Assembly (NCBI GenBank): GCA_002269645.1
Contig: NIVC01000208.1
Coordinates: 62,001 to 126,000, forward strand
Length of the DNA stretch: 64,000 nt
Reading direction: 5' to 3'
DNA from: Macrostomum lignano
Taxonomy: Eukaryota
Below are positions 27,993-41,275 of the stretch, in pieces (the stretch's first letter is position 1; the number at the start of each line of letters is the position of its first letter). The translations under genes were made by a program, and so were the position numbers. The notes under the pieces are model-generated. The model was not told the origin of the DNA. It worked only from the letters and a program-made list of their open reading frames with translations, and did no database searches.

Positions 27993-28664
27993 TTTATTTT
28001 TATTGTTAAAAAACATTTTCCTAATTGAATGCCTAATGCTTTCAATTGAAATTTACCCTAGGCTCGAGCATTTGATAGCAAATTTATATATAGGAATAGG
28101 ATAGCATTGGCAGTATCCAATGGCTGAAGATGTTTGAATAAGAAATTCAGCTGACTGCCATTAAGGACGTAGGCTAGATAAGGCTAGATCCTTAAACTTG
28201 AATGAGAATATTTTTGTTTGTCTGAAGTGAGCTTAATAGCCTAGTTTTTATTTACCCTATATGTCACACTGAGTACAATATATTCTATATATAGCATGAA
28301 TTTCTCGAATGCAAACGAAGAAAGTAACAGAAAATTCAATTTACATTTGAAAAAGTAGCGCTACATAAAAATTTTTTGCTGTCAGGTAATTAGACAGATT
28401 ATTAAATTTTGTTAAGCTCAAAATTATTATTTAGTAAAATTTTGTAGCCTACCTAACAAATAGGATTGTGGACACTTTTTTGATTATTAACACTGATTAA
28501 TGTGATTGTTAACCAAGTATTTGTTTTTTAATATTCATTTAATTAATAATTATTTCATTTACACAATTTAGTTCATAACGAACTAGGTCATAAAAACTCA
28601 AACACACAAACTTGTGTCAGTCGAATTTTTGTTACCTGGAGTTTGTGTCAGTCAGGGTTGTATT

Positions 28665-29521
28665 AGTCGGAGATCCGTTAATCGGAGATTTATCAGTCGG
28701 AGATGTGTCAGTCGGAGATGTGTCAGTCGGAGATGTGTCAGTCGGAGATGTGTCAGTCGGAGATGTGTCAGTCGGAGATGTGTCAGTCGGAGATGTGTCA
28801 GGCGGAGATGTGTCAGTCGGAGATTTACCATTTGGAGATGTGTCAGTCGAAGATGTGTCAGGCGGAGATTTTATCAGTCAGAGATTTATCAGTCGGAGAT
28901 GTGTCAGTCGGAGATGTGTCAGTCGGAGATGTGTCAGTCGGAGATGTGTCAGTCGGAGATGTGTCAGTCGGAGATGTGTCAGGCGGAGATTTTATCAGTC
29001 AGAGATTTATCAGTCGGAGATGTGTCAGTCGGAGATGTGTCAGTCGGAGATGTGTCAGTCGGAGATGTGTCAGTCGGAGATGTGTCAGTCGGAGATGTGT
29101 CAGTCGGAGATGTGTCAGTCGGAGATGTGTCAGTCGGAGATGTGTCAGTCGGAGATTTGTGCGTCGGAGATGTGTCAGTCGGAGATGTGTCAGGCTGAGA
29201 TTTATCAGCCGGAGATGTGTCAGTCGGAGATGTGTCAGGCGGAGATGTGTCAGGCGGAGATGTGTCAGGCGGAGATGTGTCAGTCGGAGATGTGTGTCAG
29301 GCGGAGATTTATCAGTCGGAGATGTGTCAGTCGGAGATGTGTCAGGCGGAGATGTGTCAGGCGGAGATGTGTCAGTCGGAGATGTGTCAGTCGGAGATGT
29401 GTCAGGCTGAGATTTATCAGCCGGAGATGTGTCAGGCGGAGATTTATCAGTCGGAGATGTGTGAGATGTGTCAGCCCAAGTTGTGTCTGTTTGAATTATG
29501 TCAGTCGGAGATTTGTCAGTC
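28665..29521. repeat. 15-bp SPTDT-type minisatellite, unit 2 copy
   Basis: Same consensus, but includes 16- and 17-nt units that break the minus-strand frame. Confidence 0.9.
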
Positions 29522-31330
29522 AGAGAGGTGTCGGTTAGAATGGTGTCAGCCAAAGTAATTGTTGTGAAAATCGAAGTAGCATGAAGTTGGAACTCAGCCA
29601 AAGCAGGCAGCAGGCCAGCAGTTCTGACTCTGACAGAATTTGCATCTTAAGCTCGTATTTTTAGGAAAAAACTTCGTCAAGAAGTTTGTAGACCTACTGG
29701 TTCATTAGGTTTTTTATTGCTGGATAGCAAAGTAGGGTATCACTCATTTGCTCTCAGAGAGGAGCCACTTTAAAAGCGTTTTGTATCGTTTCTGCATTCT
29801 TTGACAGAATTGCGTTGTACAATTTCTCTAATAGTATCAGATAAGTACTGTTTTGCTGCAAGTTAGCCTATACTATATCCGATGGAAGCTTCAAGTACAA
29901 GCGTACGGAAACCATTATCGGTTTCCTATAGCATGATAAAAGTTTGAAATGTATTTTAAAAAACCGCTCAATAAGTTTGCATAACAAATCGTCATTGTCA
30001 TCATAAATGCATTAGGCTTAGATTATTCTACCCTACCCTACCTAGACAGCAGCCCAGAATGCACTAGACAAATTCTGAAACAACAGAATAAGTCTATACA
30101 AAATCTGTTCTTTAGAGGAAGAGCCTTCGCTTCGACTTAATCTAAATGTAGCTCCGAGAAGTGCTTACTATAATCTACCTAAGTGCTTTGTTCGTGATAC
30201 ATGTACCAAGTATTTTCTTTGGAGTTACAAGTTTCTTTAAGTAGAACATCCTCAAAACGCTTGTCGATCGTAATGAAATTCTTTATAATTGAGAAGTAAG
30301 CTCCTTGAACTGCTTGAAGCGCTTTTGAAAGAGACCTATAAATTAATATGATACACTGAATATCGGCGGTAAGAACAGCACGAAAATACGGCATCAATGG
30401 GTGTTGAGACAAAGACAGCCCCAATGCTTGGGCAGCCAGAAAGCAACCAAGAAAACGTAGAGTGCACGAAGAGAGCTCATATCGTTCGGTAAACAATGTA
30501 TTTATGAAAAAATGACCTAAGCTACACCTATGCAGTTCATTCTCTTCCTATTCATTAAGACTTACTTGACTTTGCTTCAGGGTGACCAGAAGAGAAAACA
30601 ACGGGGAGATGGAGCGCCACATTTTAATAATCCATGAAAAACCAGCTTGCAACAAAGGCGCGTAGCCAGTCAGGGAGGTTCGGTGAGCCTTCCTTCGGTT
30701 TGGTCTTCAGTGCAGTTCTCGGGTACACAGACCTCATCCGAGGACGATCTTTGGTAAAGGCCGGGCATTGGCAGATAATATAGTGCTGGGCTCAGTGCTG
30801 GACCCCTTTGGATTTAATTCAGAAATGTCTTTTTGATTGAATGAATAAACTAGCTTATTAATATTTCTCTAAATTACAATGGCTTTTTAACGTAAACAAA
30901 CGTTTCAGCAAGCACTCATGCTGCTTTAGCTCGTATACTTTTCACAGATGGCCGGAGTTCTCAGGTAAAAACTCAGGTAAATACAGCACTCTGCTTAACT
31001 ATTGACAAATATGTACGTTGGGCTTAGAAAGTGATTGCGCAGCAACAGTTGCAAACTTTTATGGCAGTAGTTTTGATAGAAAACGTCAAATAAACTTTGT
31101 CTATCTAAACTTCCTGCTTAAATCGATCATGCTGCATAAGAAGTGTTATTTTCTTTTTCCAGGGTTTCGATTATTAGAAAACCGCTTTTCCGACACAGAC
31201 GGCAATGTCACATCGTCGATTTGGTCGTAAAACATCTGTAGTTAAAAGTATATGCCAAATACTTTTAGCTAATAAGTCTATTTTCAAAAAAATATTTTCA
31301 AAAACACTGAAAATTAATTCCGCAGCATAC

Positions 31331-31818
31331 CTTAATTTTGGCAGCAGTGGCAGTGATTGAGGCTGGAGCAGCAGTTGAGGCTGCAGCGGTGGCAGTAGTT
31401 GTGGCTCTTGTGGTGGCAAGCTCAGTCTTAAAACTTGTTGCCTCAGCAGAATTGGAAAGCCGATCGTCAACGACCTAAAACATTCAGTCACATTTGCTAA
31501 GGTAAACCGCACAAAAGTACGACCTGTTTCAGATACAGGACAACAGATACCGACTGACCTCGCTGACGCAGTCCAGGGGTCTCCACAGCGCCTCATACTG
31601 AGCGGCAGTGGCCAGATAGCAAGTGCCGTCTCGCTTGAACACGGCGGTGCAGTTGGGTCGCACTCCACAGAGCAGACACGAGGGTCTCGAACTCCGTTGA
31701 CCTGCGACAGGTCGCTCACGTTTTTGGGGCAACCGGGGACGACGCGGAAGCGGACGCAGACGCCGGACGCGACGGACAGCAGGCTGAGTAAGCAGATGAC
31801 CATTTTAGGTGGCTTCAT
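31331..31818 (-). pseudogene. P3b: PAN gene with a 7-nt deletion in exon 1; exons 31559-31818 and 31331-31474
   Basis: GGGTCGCACT[GCGCACT]CCACAG collapse near 31660 frameshifts the PAN domain. Exon 2 (144 nt) is intact. Confidence 0.75.
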
Positions 31819-33256
31819 GGTGTTTAAATTTTCACTCTGCTTTTTGAAGAGACGCTTTCAGAGTCTAACCACGCATTTTATGCACATGCCACTGTGCTTG
31901 AGAGGATGATACAATACTCAAGGCGTTAAGAGGTATTTTTAAAGATTGGCAGAAGTAGACAAGTGTTTACAATCTAGTGCCGTTTCTGTATAAAAAGTCA
32001 ATACATCTGCTCCTGGGAGGTTCTAGTGTTATGTACATTAGTTACAGTAGTCTCTTTGGTAAACAGCCGAAGGAATAAGCTGCTGCTGTTAAAAATTGTT
32101 GTTAAATTTTTTTCGATATCTTAGAGTTTCCTTTCTGGATACAAGAAGTATGCTACTGATGGTTGTCACTTAACTGCCTCTTCCTGAGAGAGCCACTTAA
32201 AGTCCCGTATTTTGCACGCTAGCTTTTAAAACGCTATTTTGTTGACAGACTTGTCAATTTGCTTCATAACTTGAGATGTTAGCTGCAGTTTTATTCTGGT
32301 TTTATTAGTGCAAGCAGTCGGCAGTGGAACTGGAAAAAGTAATGTACTCACTAAGAATACCGCGGGTGAGCGTACATGTAGTAGATATATTACTCGAAGT
32401 AGTATGCTACACAAGTTAGTTTAATGCAGGCATTATTGAGCCCTTTTTATTCATATTATGAGCAGCTAAATGCATAAAAAGTATCCGTTATGGACATTTC
32501 ATTTTCATATTGAAGTAGAATTTTACTTTGACCATACTCGCAGGAGTCTGTACATGGGCATCCTGGCGATGGCAATTCTGTGCATTCCTCTGACTCCCGA
32601 GCCGTCAGAGGAATTTGGGGTAACGCAACTTAAAAGGCACCAATACTGTATGCAGGCACACATCCATGCACTTGCTCACACTGGGTGTAAATGACATTCT
32701 AATTGTTTAAACCACCCACGGGCCAGTTTTTCGTGGACGCCAAGCCTCAAATTAATGTGATTAAAAAGAGAAGCGTTTATCGCCGATCTCGCTATTTACT
32801 CTGCATCAAGACTTTACCTTCAAGATTAAAAATAGTATATTAAATATATGCGCTTTTTATACGAAGTCTGGATTTTTCCTTATATAGAGAAATTGAATCA
32901 ACCAAAGAAAATTCTTTTGAATTTCAGTAAATTCACACAATATTCGTACTGTATTATCAAAATACGGTCGTATTGTTTCTTTGAGTGAAAAATATTATCA
33001 TTCAAAATGTCCAAGAAACGGCTAAATCTAGAAGATAAGATAGGAAGATAAGAAGATAAGAAGCCACCTACGGAAAACATTTTTGTCTTCTCTTATTCAT
33101 ATCTAGCAAGCTAATTAGCAATGCAATGATTATTTGCTCTATGAAGACAGGACTCTTAGTTTGACTTTCGAAAATAGATTAAAAAAATAAGGGCAAAAAT
33201 ATTTTAAAAGACTGCCATTATATCACCGAGTAAAAATATTTAACAGTCAAACTAAG

Positions 33257-33295
33257 CAGGAACAGGCAGCATGGAACTTCTAGGAGTGTGAACAT
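33257..33295 (-). pseudogene. P8 stub: first 13 codons (MFTLLEVPCCLFL) left after deletion of the gene body
   Basis: Flanks match 61620 and 63175-63213 in unit 3; about 1.55 kb is absent here. Confidence 0.65.
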
Positions 33296-33826
33296 GGCTA
33301 ATATGGTTTGCTTTCCTAAGAAAATAGTTTGTATTACTACTTAGACTTGCTTTTTACAGTTCAGAGGTGTTGGTTTGGTGTAGTTTCGTGTCCGTGCTAC
33401 AAGAATTATACACTCATAATACGTTTCTGAGCCAATCAGCTTCTTAGCCTCTGAGATGCCAATCCGAACATTGCATTGCCTCAAAATCTTAGAGCCAATG
33501 GTAGCCGGAGCAAAACGGTTGCAGCTGGTCCACCTGTATGTCTGAACTGCGACCGTTGTTCCTATCCTGCCATATAGCCTCCCAAACACTACACTTATCT
33601 GACAACTGCCATTTAGCAACATGACCGGCTAAAACTTGAATCTAGTCAGGAAAGTGGCATCGATATACATTATGCGAAAATGCAACTCAGGAAGTATCAT
33701 GCCAATATTTTGTCACAGTCATGGCTAGATTAGATCAATGCGTATTGTTTTGCTTTTATTTATAGGAGGTTTCACTGTTTCAGCACAAAAAGTTTAATTT
33801 CTTTTGATAGGAGGCATACCCAGTTT

Positions 33827-34090
33827 TCATCTTTTGAGATGTCCTGCATTTCTTATGGCTCTACAAGCTGTTGAAACCCGCGGATTCTGAACCCGCTGAA
33901 TTCCAATCCCCGGAACTATTTCGACCTGTATTCTTAAATCTGAAGTCATACCTAAAAAATTGTTAATACTTAGGATAGAGGTAGACATAAAATGGAGTAA
34001 ATTCGTGTTGCATGAAGATTTGAGTGAAGCATTGATCTCGTCGGCTGGGGTACAGCGCAGAATGTCAGGCAACGTCTGTCTAAAGCAGGC
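33827..34090 (-). pseudogene. Degenerate Helitron PIF1-type helicase fragment
   Basis: Minus frame FRQTLPDILRCTPADEINASLKSS closely resembles the Helitron helicase motif GDFRQTLPVIPRSTPADEINACLKSS (recalled consensus). A GMPP motif follows downstream. Confidence 0.65.
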
Positions 34091-35288
34091 ATTGGCAAAC
34101 CCGGTCTCTGGCCCCTGCCTCTCTCTACGTCCCTTGAGTCCTTTGAAACTTCTCTATCCTCTCATCTCATCTCTCCTTTCTTCTCTTTTATCTTTGCTCT
34201 CTTATCTCTTCTCATCTCTCTCTTCTCTCTCATTTCTCTTTTCTCTTTTGCCGACCCCTGCTTCGAAAGCCAGTTTTTGGAACGGATTACTCTCATGGTT
34301 GCTTCATTCCGTTAGCCTCTTGCTGACTGCTTCGATCACGTCATCTTTCTGGCCAATTTGCAGCCCTGAAAGGAATTTGTGTATCACCAGCTCCACTGCA
34401 GTCTGCAGCAGTCTTAAAATCAAGGAAATGCACATTTCTTTGAAGGCATTTAAATTTTAAAGTATCTTTAAGTGAGACTTTGTGTTAAAATTTCCATGGC
34501 GTCAAAATTTGGTAGGTTTGTATTGTAATCGCTTTTTTATAAATTTTTTGCTTTTACAAAACCATGCTGCATTGCCTTGATTTGCCATCCACTGGTAAAC
34601 TGCTGCAGAGTTTGCTGCCTGGGTTAGAATTCCTTTAACCTAGCGAGCAAGATTGTACACACAGTTTTTATTTTTATAGTTAGAGAAGATTGATATTCAT
34701 AGAGCTTTCCGTCTAGAAGCCAAAAGCAGGCACTGAAAGACAGCTGAGCACACAAATTTATTCCGCTCGTCCAAAAAAACCTCCAGAAATCCTCTGGTAG
34801 GAAAAAAAGACGAGCGGCTTGCATGGGACGTCCGAGTGCTTTCAGTATTTATTAGTTCGTAATTAGCCGGAATAGAAAACCTTTTGAGTTGTTTGAGTGC
34901 AAAGTCAGAATCAGTGAAAGATTCAAGAATCAGTTAAATAACAGTTCAGTTTGACGTGATTTCAGGAAGAAAACAGCAAAATGGTTTCTAAGCAGGTAAG
35001 CGAAGCTGATTAGAATTCTAACAAATCTTGAGTGAAAGTCACAACGATTCGCCTTGAAATCGCTTGGGTTTCAAGCTATGCACTTTAAAATGCGCATGCA
35101 CTACTAGTGATGAGAAGTTGGTGAGTAGTATTGAAACTGATTCATTGGTTTAACAGCATAATGTATAAATTGATTACATATAGAAGAGCGCTCTAATCAG
35201 ATTAAGGATTGTGAATATCCTAAACAGTGACCGTCAGAGTTAAAATATTACTGGCCAATCCCCACTTCAACAAGCGGTTGCAGTGCCA

Positions 35289-36789
35289 TCAGGTGCCCGA
35301 CTCGCAGGCGGCCGACTCCAGAAGCACGGACACGAAGCCCTGGTCGCCGGTCCAGGTGCCGCCGAACACGCAGCCGCCCCTGCAGAAGGAGCCGCCGCCG
35401 CCGCCGCAGTGGCCGTAGCCCAGTCCAGCTCCGCCACCGCTGAAGCCACCGCCGGCTCCAGCGGCGCCTCTCACTGAGCTGGTCCTGCTGCCGCCTCCGC
35501 CGCCTCCGCCGAAGCCTCCGTCGCAGACGCTGCCGTTTCCGGCGCTGCCGCCGACCCAGCCGTCGGCCAGACTGCCGCCTCTCTCTCCGTCCGAGGAGCT
35601 CCGCCTTGGGCTGACGGCCCTGCCGAGCCAGCCGGCGCCGCAGCCGCCATGGTTGCTATTGCTTGGGGTGTCAGCGGGGCTGTTGGAGCCCGGCTGACCG
35701 TTGGTTCCGCCGAATCCGTTGTGGGCGTGGCTACCCAGGCTGTCGGAACCGTTTATTCCAGTCTCTCCCTGTTGTCCTGCAGTGAAATCAGCCAAACTGC
35801 TTATTCGAGTGGTTTTTGCTTATCATAGTTTACAATTTCTAGTAACTGCAGCTACTGAGCTCACCATTTTTAATGCTGGAAGCTCCGCCGCCTCCGCCAG
35901 CAGCCAGCAGCAGCAGCCGGTCGACCGTCCGGTACACGAAGCTGCCGCCGCCTCCGCCGCCTCCTTCGATATCCAACGACGTCGAGCCGCCCATCTGGCC
36001 CACAACGATGCTCAGCTGGGTGCCGGCCGTTAGGTTGACTCTGGCGCTCACCTGGGCTCCCTGGCCTCCGGATGTGTTCGTCAGTAAGTTTCCGCCACCT
36101 CTGGCGCCGGCAGCTTTGATCAGGTAGCAGCCGGTCGTGTTGATGAGGACGCATTGGATTGAGCCGTTTCTACCTGTGCTGCTGTCTGCAATGGAGCAGC
36201 GTCAGCGTGTTACAAAACTGGAGTGAGTGCAATTTCTGTCTGTGCCAAATAATGGTTACCACTCAACACTGAGACAATGCATTGATGACTCACTCCGAAG
36301 CTGCATTGCAGGCGAAGGCCAGTCGCTGTCGTCCGCCTTCCACACCTTCGCACCGACCTGAGATCCGATGACTTGCTGCACCTGATCTGCTGAGATTGAC
36401 AGCTTGGCGGTTGTTATGGCGACCATCTCGCACGTGGCATTGCTCTCCACCGAGACGGCAGCGCTGCAGTTCACCCTCTGGCACTTTGCTAGACAGTCAA
36501 TTGCAGTAGTGGCCTTGGTTGTTGTCGTGAAGTTGTTGTAGGCGTTCAGAACGGCTTTGAGCATGTGAAGCAACTGCTCTGAGCACACAGAATAGGTCCG
36601 CGAACTGTCGCCTTGTACTCGAAGCACGAGAGAGCAGCAAACTGCGTTTGGGCAATGAAGTCAGTATAGAACAGAGTGCAGTAAAAAGCTTCAATCTAGG
36701 CAGTCTTAAATACGAGTAATGTGGGAGCTGCATTTTAGTCACTTACCGAATAGAAAAGCAAGTTTTAATGACAAAAATTGCTCAGCCAT
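35289..36789 (-). CDS. G2: paralog of G1, about 399 aa; exons 36747-36789, 36294-36641, 35865-36185, 35289-35776
   Basis: Same phase-1 introns; 1200-nt open frame; two separate 3-nt indels relative to G1. Confidence 0.85.
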
Positions 36790-37349
36790 GGCACTGCAGA
36801 GCTAGTAAGATTTCAATTTCTTGTGTTTCTAATTGTAGGACGATACACTTTATAAATTCTTCTGCAGTGATTTGGCAACCGGGTTGCAACCGGGTTTTTT
36901 ATGAGCTGCTGCCGGATGGCAATTCCATTGGGACAGGGGAGAAAGTCTGTGAAAGGCGGGATCGCAGCCAATCGTAGAGAGCAAGTCTTCTTGGCTTTCA
37001 TGCTCTTCATTGTAGTCGATAAGTCTGGGGGCGGACTGCTCTGCTTGAGTTCCTTTGTTTCGGAGCTTTCTCCTGAGATCAAAGACATTGCTGCCTCTAT
37101 TTACTCAGAGTTTATATTTAAAAGTTTTTTACTTTATCTTTGACAAAAATGCTTTAAAACTTCAAACAGTGTTCACACATCCATTTAGTTTACTATCATA
37201 GCTTTCTTAGTCTCCGTTCTGGGATTTAACATTCAAAGAAATAGGAAATGTGTTGGGTGAAAAAGTTTTACCTGCTAAAAGCTACGCATCGTTAAGTCAC
37301 CATCACTAGCATCTCAGCAACACCGCAGTGAGCATTGGTATAATGTTTC

Positions 37350-37920
37350 TTTGATGTTTGACGTGACGCTTCTTTTACGTTTGACGTGACGCTTCTTTTG
37401 TTTGACGTGACGCTTCTTTTATGTTTGACGTGACGCTTCTTTTATGTTCGACGTGACGCTTCTTTTATGTTGGACGTGACGCTTCTACGTTTCTTTTATG
37501 TTTGACATGACGCTTCTTTTATGTTCGACGTGACGCTTCTTTTATGTTCGACGTGACGCTTCTTTTATGTTTGACATGACGCTTCTTTTATGTTCGACGT
37601 GACGCTTCTTTTATGTTTGACATGACGCTTCTTTTATGTTCGACGTGACGCTTCTACGTTTCTTTTATGTTTGACATGACGCTTCTTTTATGTTCGACGT
37701 GACGCTTCTTTTATGTTCGACGTGACGCTTCTTTTATGTTTGACATGACGCTTCTTTTATGTTCGACGTGACGCTTCTTTTATGTTGGTCATGACGCTTC
37801 TTTTATGTTCGACGTGACGCTTCTACGTTTCTTTTATGTTTGACATGACGATTCTTTTATGTTCCGACGTGACGTTTCTACGCATCTTTTATGTTCGATG
37901 TGATGCTTCTTTTATGTTTT
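37350..37920. repeat. 23-bp minisatellite, expanded copy
   Basis: Same unit as 15978-16300, roughly 24 units; end points approximate. Confidence 0.85.
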
Positions 37921-38749
37921 TTCTTTCCTTGAGTTTTCGTCACATTATAAAAGCTTTGAATAGAAACATTGCACTCAAAATTCGAACCTTTGTCGCTGCA
38001 TTAGCAGTTCAGCCTTGCCACATCTGGGCTAGCTCTCATCGAATCGATCTATTTATTGGCATTAGCATCTCAGCAACTGCCCCACGAGCCCTGGCATCTC
38101 CCTAATCTATGTGATCGATTAGAGAAAAAATGGCTGGACCGATTTTGTTCGAACTTGCACTGTTCGATCAGAAATTTTCCCGTGACTGTACATGCATCGT
38201 GGCTAAGAAATTGCTCGATGCTAAAGGCATTAAATATTCGAAAAACATGCTTTTTTGCAAAGGTCAAGCAAACTTTTCGACTTGAAAAATGCACTGTAAG
38301 AATGCTAGAGAAAAAACTGACTGGTTGAATTCTGATTCTGAAATAGATTGCATCACAATAGGCTTTTTTATTTATCGTCTGTGTACTGGCTGAATTTGAC
38401 ACTCAATTGAATTGCGTCACAGCTTTGAGTGTGAAAGCATAGCGCAGTACTGAATTTATATTACGTAACCATATTGTTAACTTTCATAGACACTGGTACT
38501 GACTTGCCTAAGAAATTGATTATGTCATAACTGCTTCGTGTGACTTTTTACTCTACCTGACTTGGTGTGAGTGTTGAATTATATAAGTGGTACAAATTCA
38601 CTGATAACTTCGATGAGAGCTAGCCTAGAGCTGAACAGACCAGACTGCTAATGCAGCGACCTGGGTTCGAATCTAAGTAGTTTAAAAGTAGTAGTGTAAA
38701 ATTTTTTTATTAAAAGCTTTTATTAAAGGACTAAATAAAAACACTTAGA

Positions 38750-39480
38750 TTACTGCACTCGATAAGCCAAGGATTATTGCTATTAATAAACCAAGGATTA
38801 CTGCACTCTATAAACCAAGGACTATTGATGCACTTGATAAGCCAAGGATTAATGCACTTGATAAACCAAGGACTACTGCGCTTGATAAACAAAGGATTAT
38901 TGCACTTGATAAACAAATATTGCACTTGATAAACCAAGGATTATTGCACTTGATAAACCAAGGATTATTGCACTTGATAAACCAAGGATTATTGCACTTG
39001 ATAAACCAAGGATTATTGCACTTGATAAACAAATATTGCACTTGATAAACCAAGGATTATTGCACTTGATAAGCCAAAGATTACTGCGCTTGATAAACCA
39101 AGGATTATTGCATTTGATAAGCGAAAGATTACTGCGCTTGATAAACCAAGGATTATTGCACTTGATAAGCCAAAGATTACTGCGCTTGATAAACCAAGGA
39201 TTATTGCACTTAATAAACCAAGGATTATTGCACTTGATAAACCAAGGATTATTGCACTTAATAAACCAAGGATTATTGCACTTAATAAACCAAGGATTAT
39301 TGCACTTGATAAGCCAAAGATTACAGCGCTTGATAAGCCATGGATTATTGCACTTGATAGTAAAGAATGTTGCACTTGATAAGCCAAGGATTATTGCACT
39401 TTGATAATAAGGAATATTGCACTAGATAAATCAAGGAATATTGCACTTGATAAGCCAAGGATTATTGCACTAGCTGAGAA
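38750..39480. repeat. 24-bp tandem repeat (TTGATAAACCAAGGATTATTGCAC)n inside the Helitron, block 1
   Basis: Directly visible tandem units. Confidence 0.9.
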
Positions 39481-39599
39481 GCTGATTACTGCGCTGTCTA
39501 AAAAATAGATTATTGCGCTCGCTGAGACGTGGATTGTTGCACAACCTGAGAAAGCGATTATTGCATTAGCGGAAGTAACATTTGCACTAGCTACTTGCT

Positions 39600-40030
39600 G
39601 TCTCGTGGATGCTTGCTCTCGAGGGGGGATACTTGCTATTTGGGAGAGGGGGTACTGGCTACATGTATGGGATTCTTTCTATCCAGGGATGCTTGCAATT
39701 TAGGGATTCTTGCTATCTGCAGGATGCTTGCTATCTGGGTGGATGCTTCTATAATATCTGGGGGGTGCTTGCTATCTGCAGGATGCTTCTATAATATCTG
39801 GGGGGTGCTTGCTATCTGCAGAATGCTTGCTATCTGGGTGGATGCTTCTATCTGGGGGATGCTTGCTGTCTGCAGATGCTTGCTATCTGGGTGGATGCTT
39901 GCTATCTGGGGGATGCTTGCTAATCTGCAGATGCTTGCTATCTGTGGTTATTCTTGCTATGAGCATTAGAGGATGCTTGCTATCTGCGATTGTTCACTTT
40001 TGGAGGGGGTTGCTTGCTGTCTTGGGAATA
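39600..40030. repeat. About 17-bp repeat (GGATGCTTGCTATCTG..) inside the Helitron; recurs at 41280-41520
   Basis: Degenerate tandem units. Confidence 0.8.
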
Positions 40031-40259
40031 TGTTCTATTTAGGGAAACTATATTTTGTTGTCTGTTTGTTAATTTTAGAGAAAAAGTGATTCTTCAATTT
40101 TGCAAACATCTTAGTCCGTGACAATTTTACACGAATAAGGTGATTTTTAAAACGTGAAGAAGGAATTGGTGTTTAAGAAAATGTGCTTTTTTGTTGTTTT
40201 CCATGAACTATTTTTGCTCCTTTCTTATTGGGCGCCCCGAAGGTTTATTAAGATAAAGA

Positions 40260-41275
40260 TAGCAATAACCAAGGATTATTGCTCTTAATAAGCCAAGGAT
40301 TATCGCTTTTAATAAGCCAAGGATTATCGCAATTGGCAAACCAAGGATTACTGCACTTGATAAACCAAGGATTACTGCACTTGATAAACCAGGGATTATT
40401 GCTCTTAATAAACCAAGAATTACTGCGCTTGATAAGCCAAGGATTACTGCACTTGATAAACCAAGGATTACTGTACTTGATAAACCAAGAATTATCGCTC
40501 TAAATAAGCTAAGGATAATTGCTCTCAATAAACCAAGGATTACTGCGCTTGATAAACCAAGGATTATTGCTCTTAATAAGCTAAGGATTATTGCACTTGG
40601 CAAACCAAGGATTACTGCTCTTAATAAGCCAAGAATTATTGCTCTTAATAAGCTAAGGATTATTGCGCTTGATAAGCCAAGGATTACTGCTCTCAATAAA
40701 CCAAGGATTACTGCGCTTGATAAACCAAGGATTATTGCACTTGATAAACCAAGGATTATTGCTCATAATAAGGTAAGGATTATTGCACTTGGCAAACCAA
40801 GGATTACTGCTCTTAATAAGCCAAGGATTATTGCTCTTAATAAGCTAAGGATTATTGCGCTTGATAAACCAAGGATTACTGCACTTGATAAACCAAGGAT
40901 TACTGCACTTGATAAACCAAGAATTATCGCTCTAATAAGCCAAGGATTATTGCACTTGGCAAACCAAGGATTACTGCACTTGATAAACCAAGGATTACTG
41001 TACTTGATAAACCAAGAATTATCGCTCTAAATAAGCTAAGGATAATTGCTCTCAATAAACCAAGGATTACTGCGCTTGATAAACCAAGGATTATTGCACT
41101 TGATAAACCAAGGATTATTGCTCATAATAAGGTAAGGATTATTGCACTTGGCAAACCAAGGATTACTGCTCTTAATAAGCCAAGGATTATTGCTCTTAAT
41201 AAGCTAAGGATTATTGCGCTTGATAAACCAAGGATTACTGCACTTGATAAACCAAGGACTACTGCACTTGATAAG
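40260..41275. repeat. 24-bp tandem repeat, block 2
   Basis: Same consensus, with variant units recurring in a higher-order pattern. Confidence 0.9.

Noticed and set aside
33960-34460. 166-aa plus-strand ORF rich in Leu/Ser
   Set aside because: Produced by a CT-rich low-complexity tract and antisense to the helicase relic.
38640-38675. tRNA-like B box (GGTTCGAATC) inside the Helitron
   Set aside because: No A box or cloverleaf; at most a SINE scrap.
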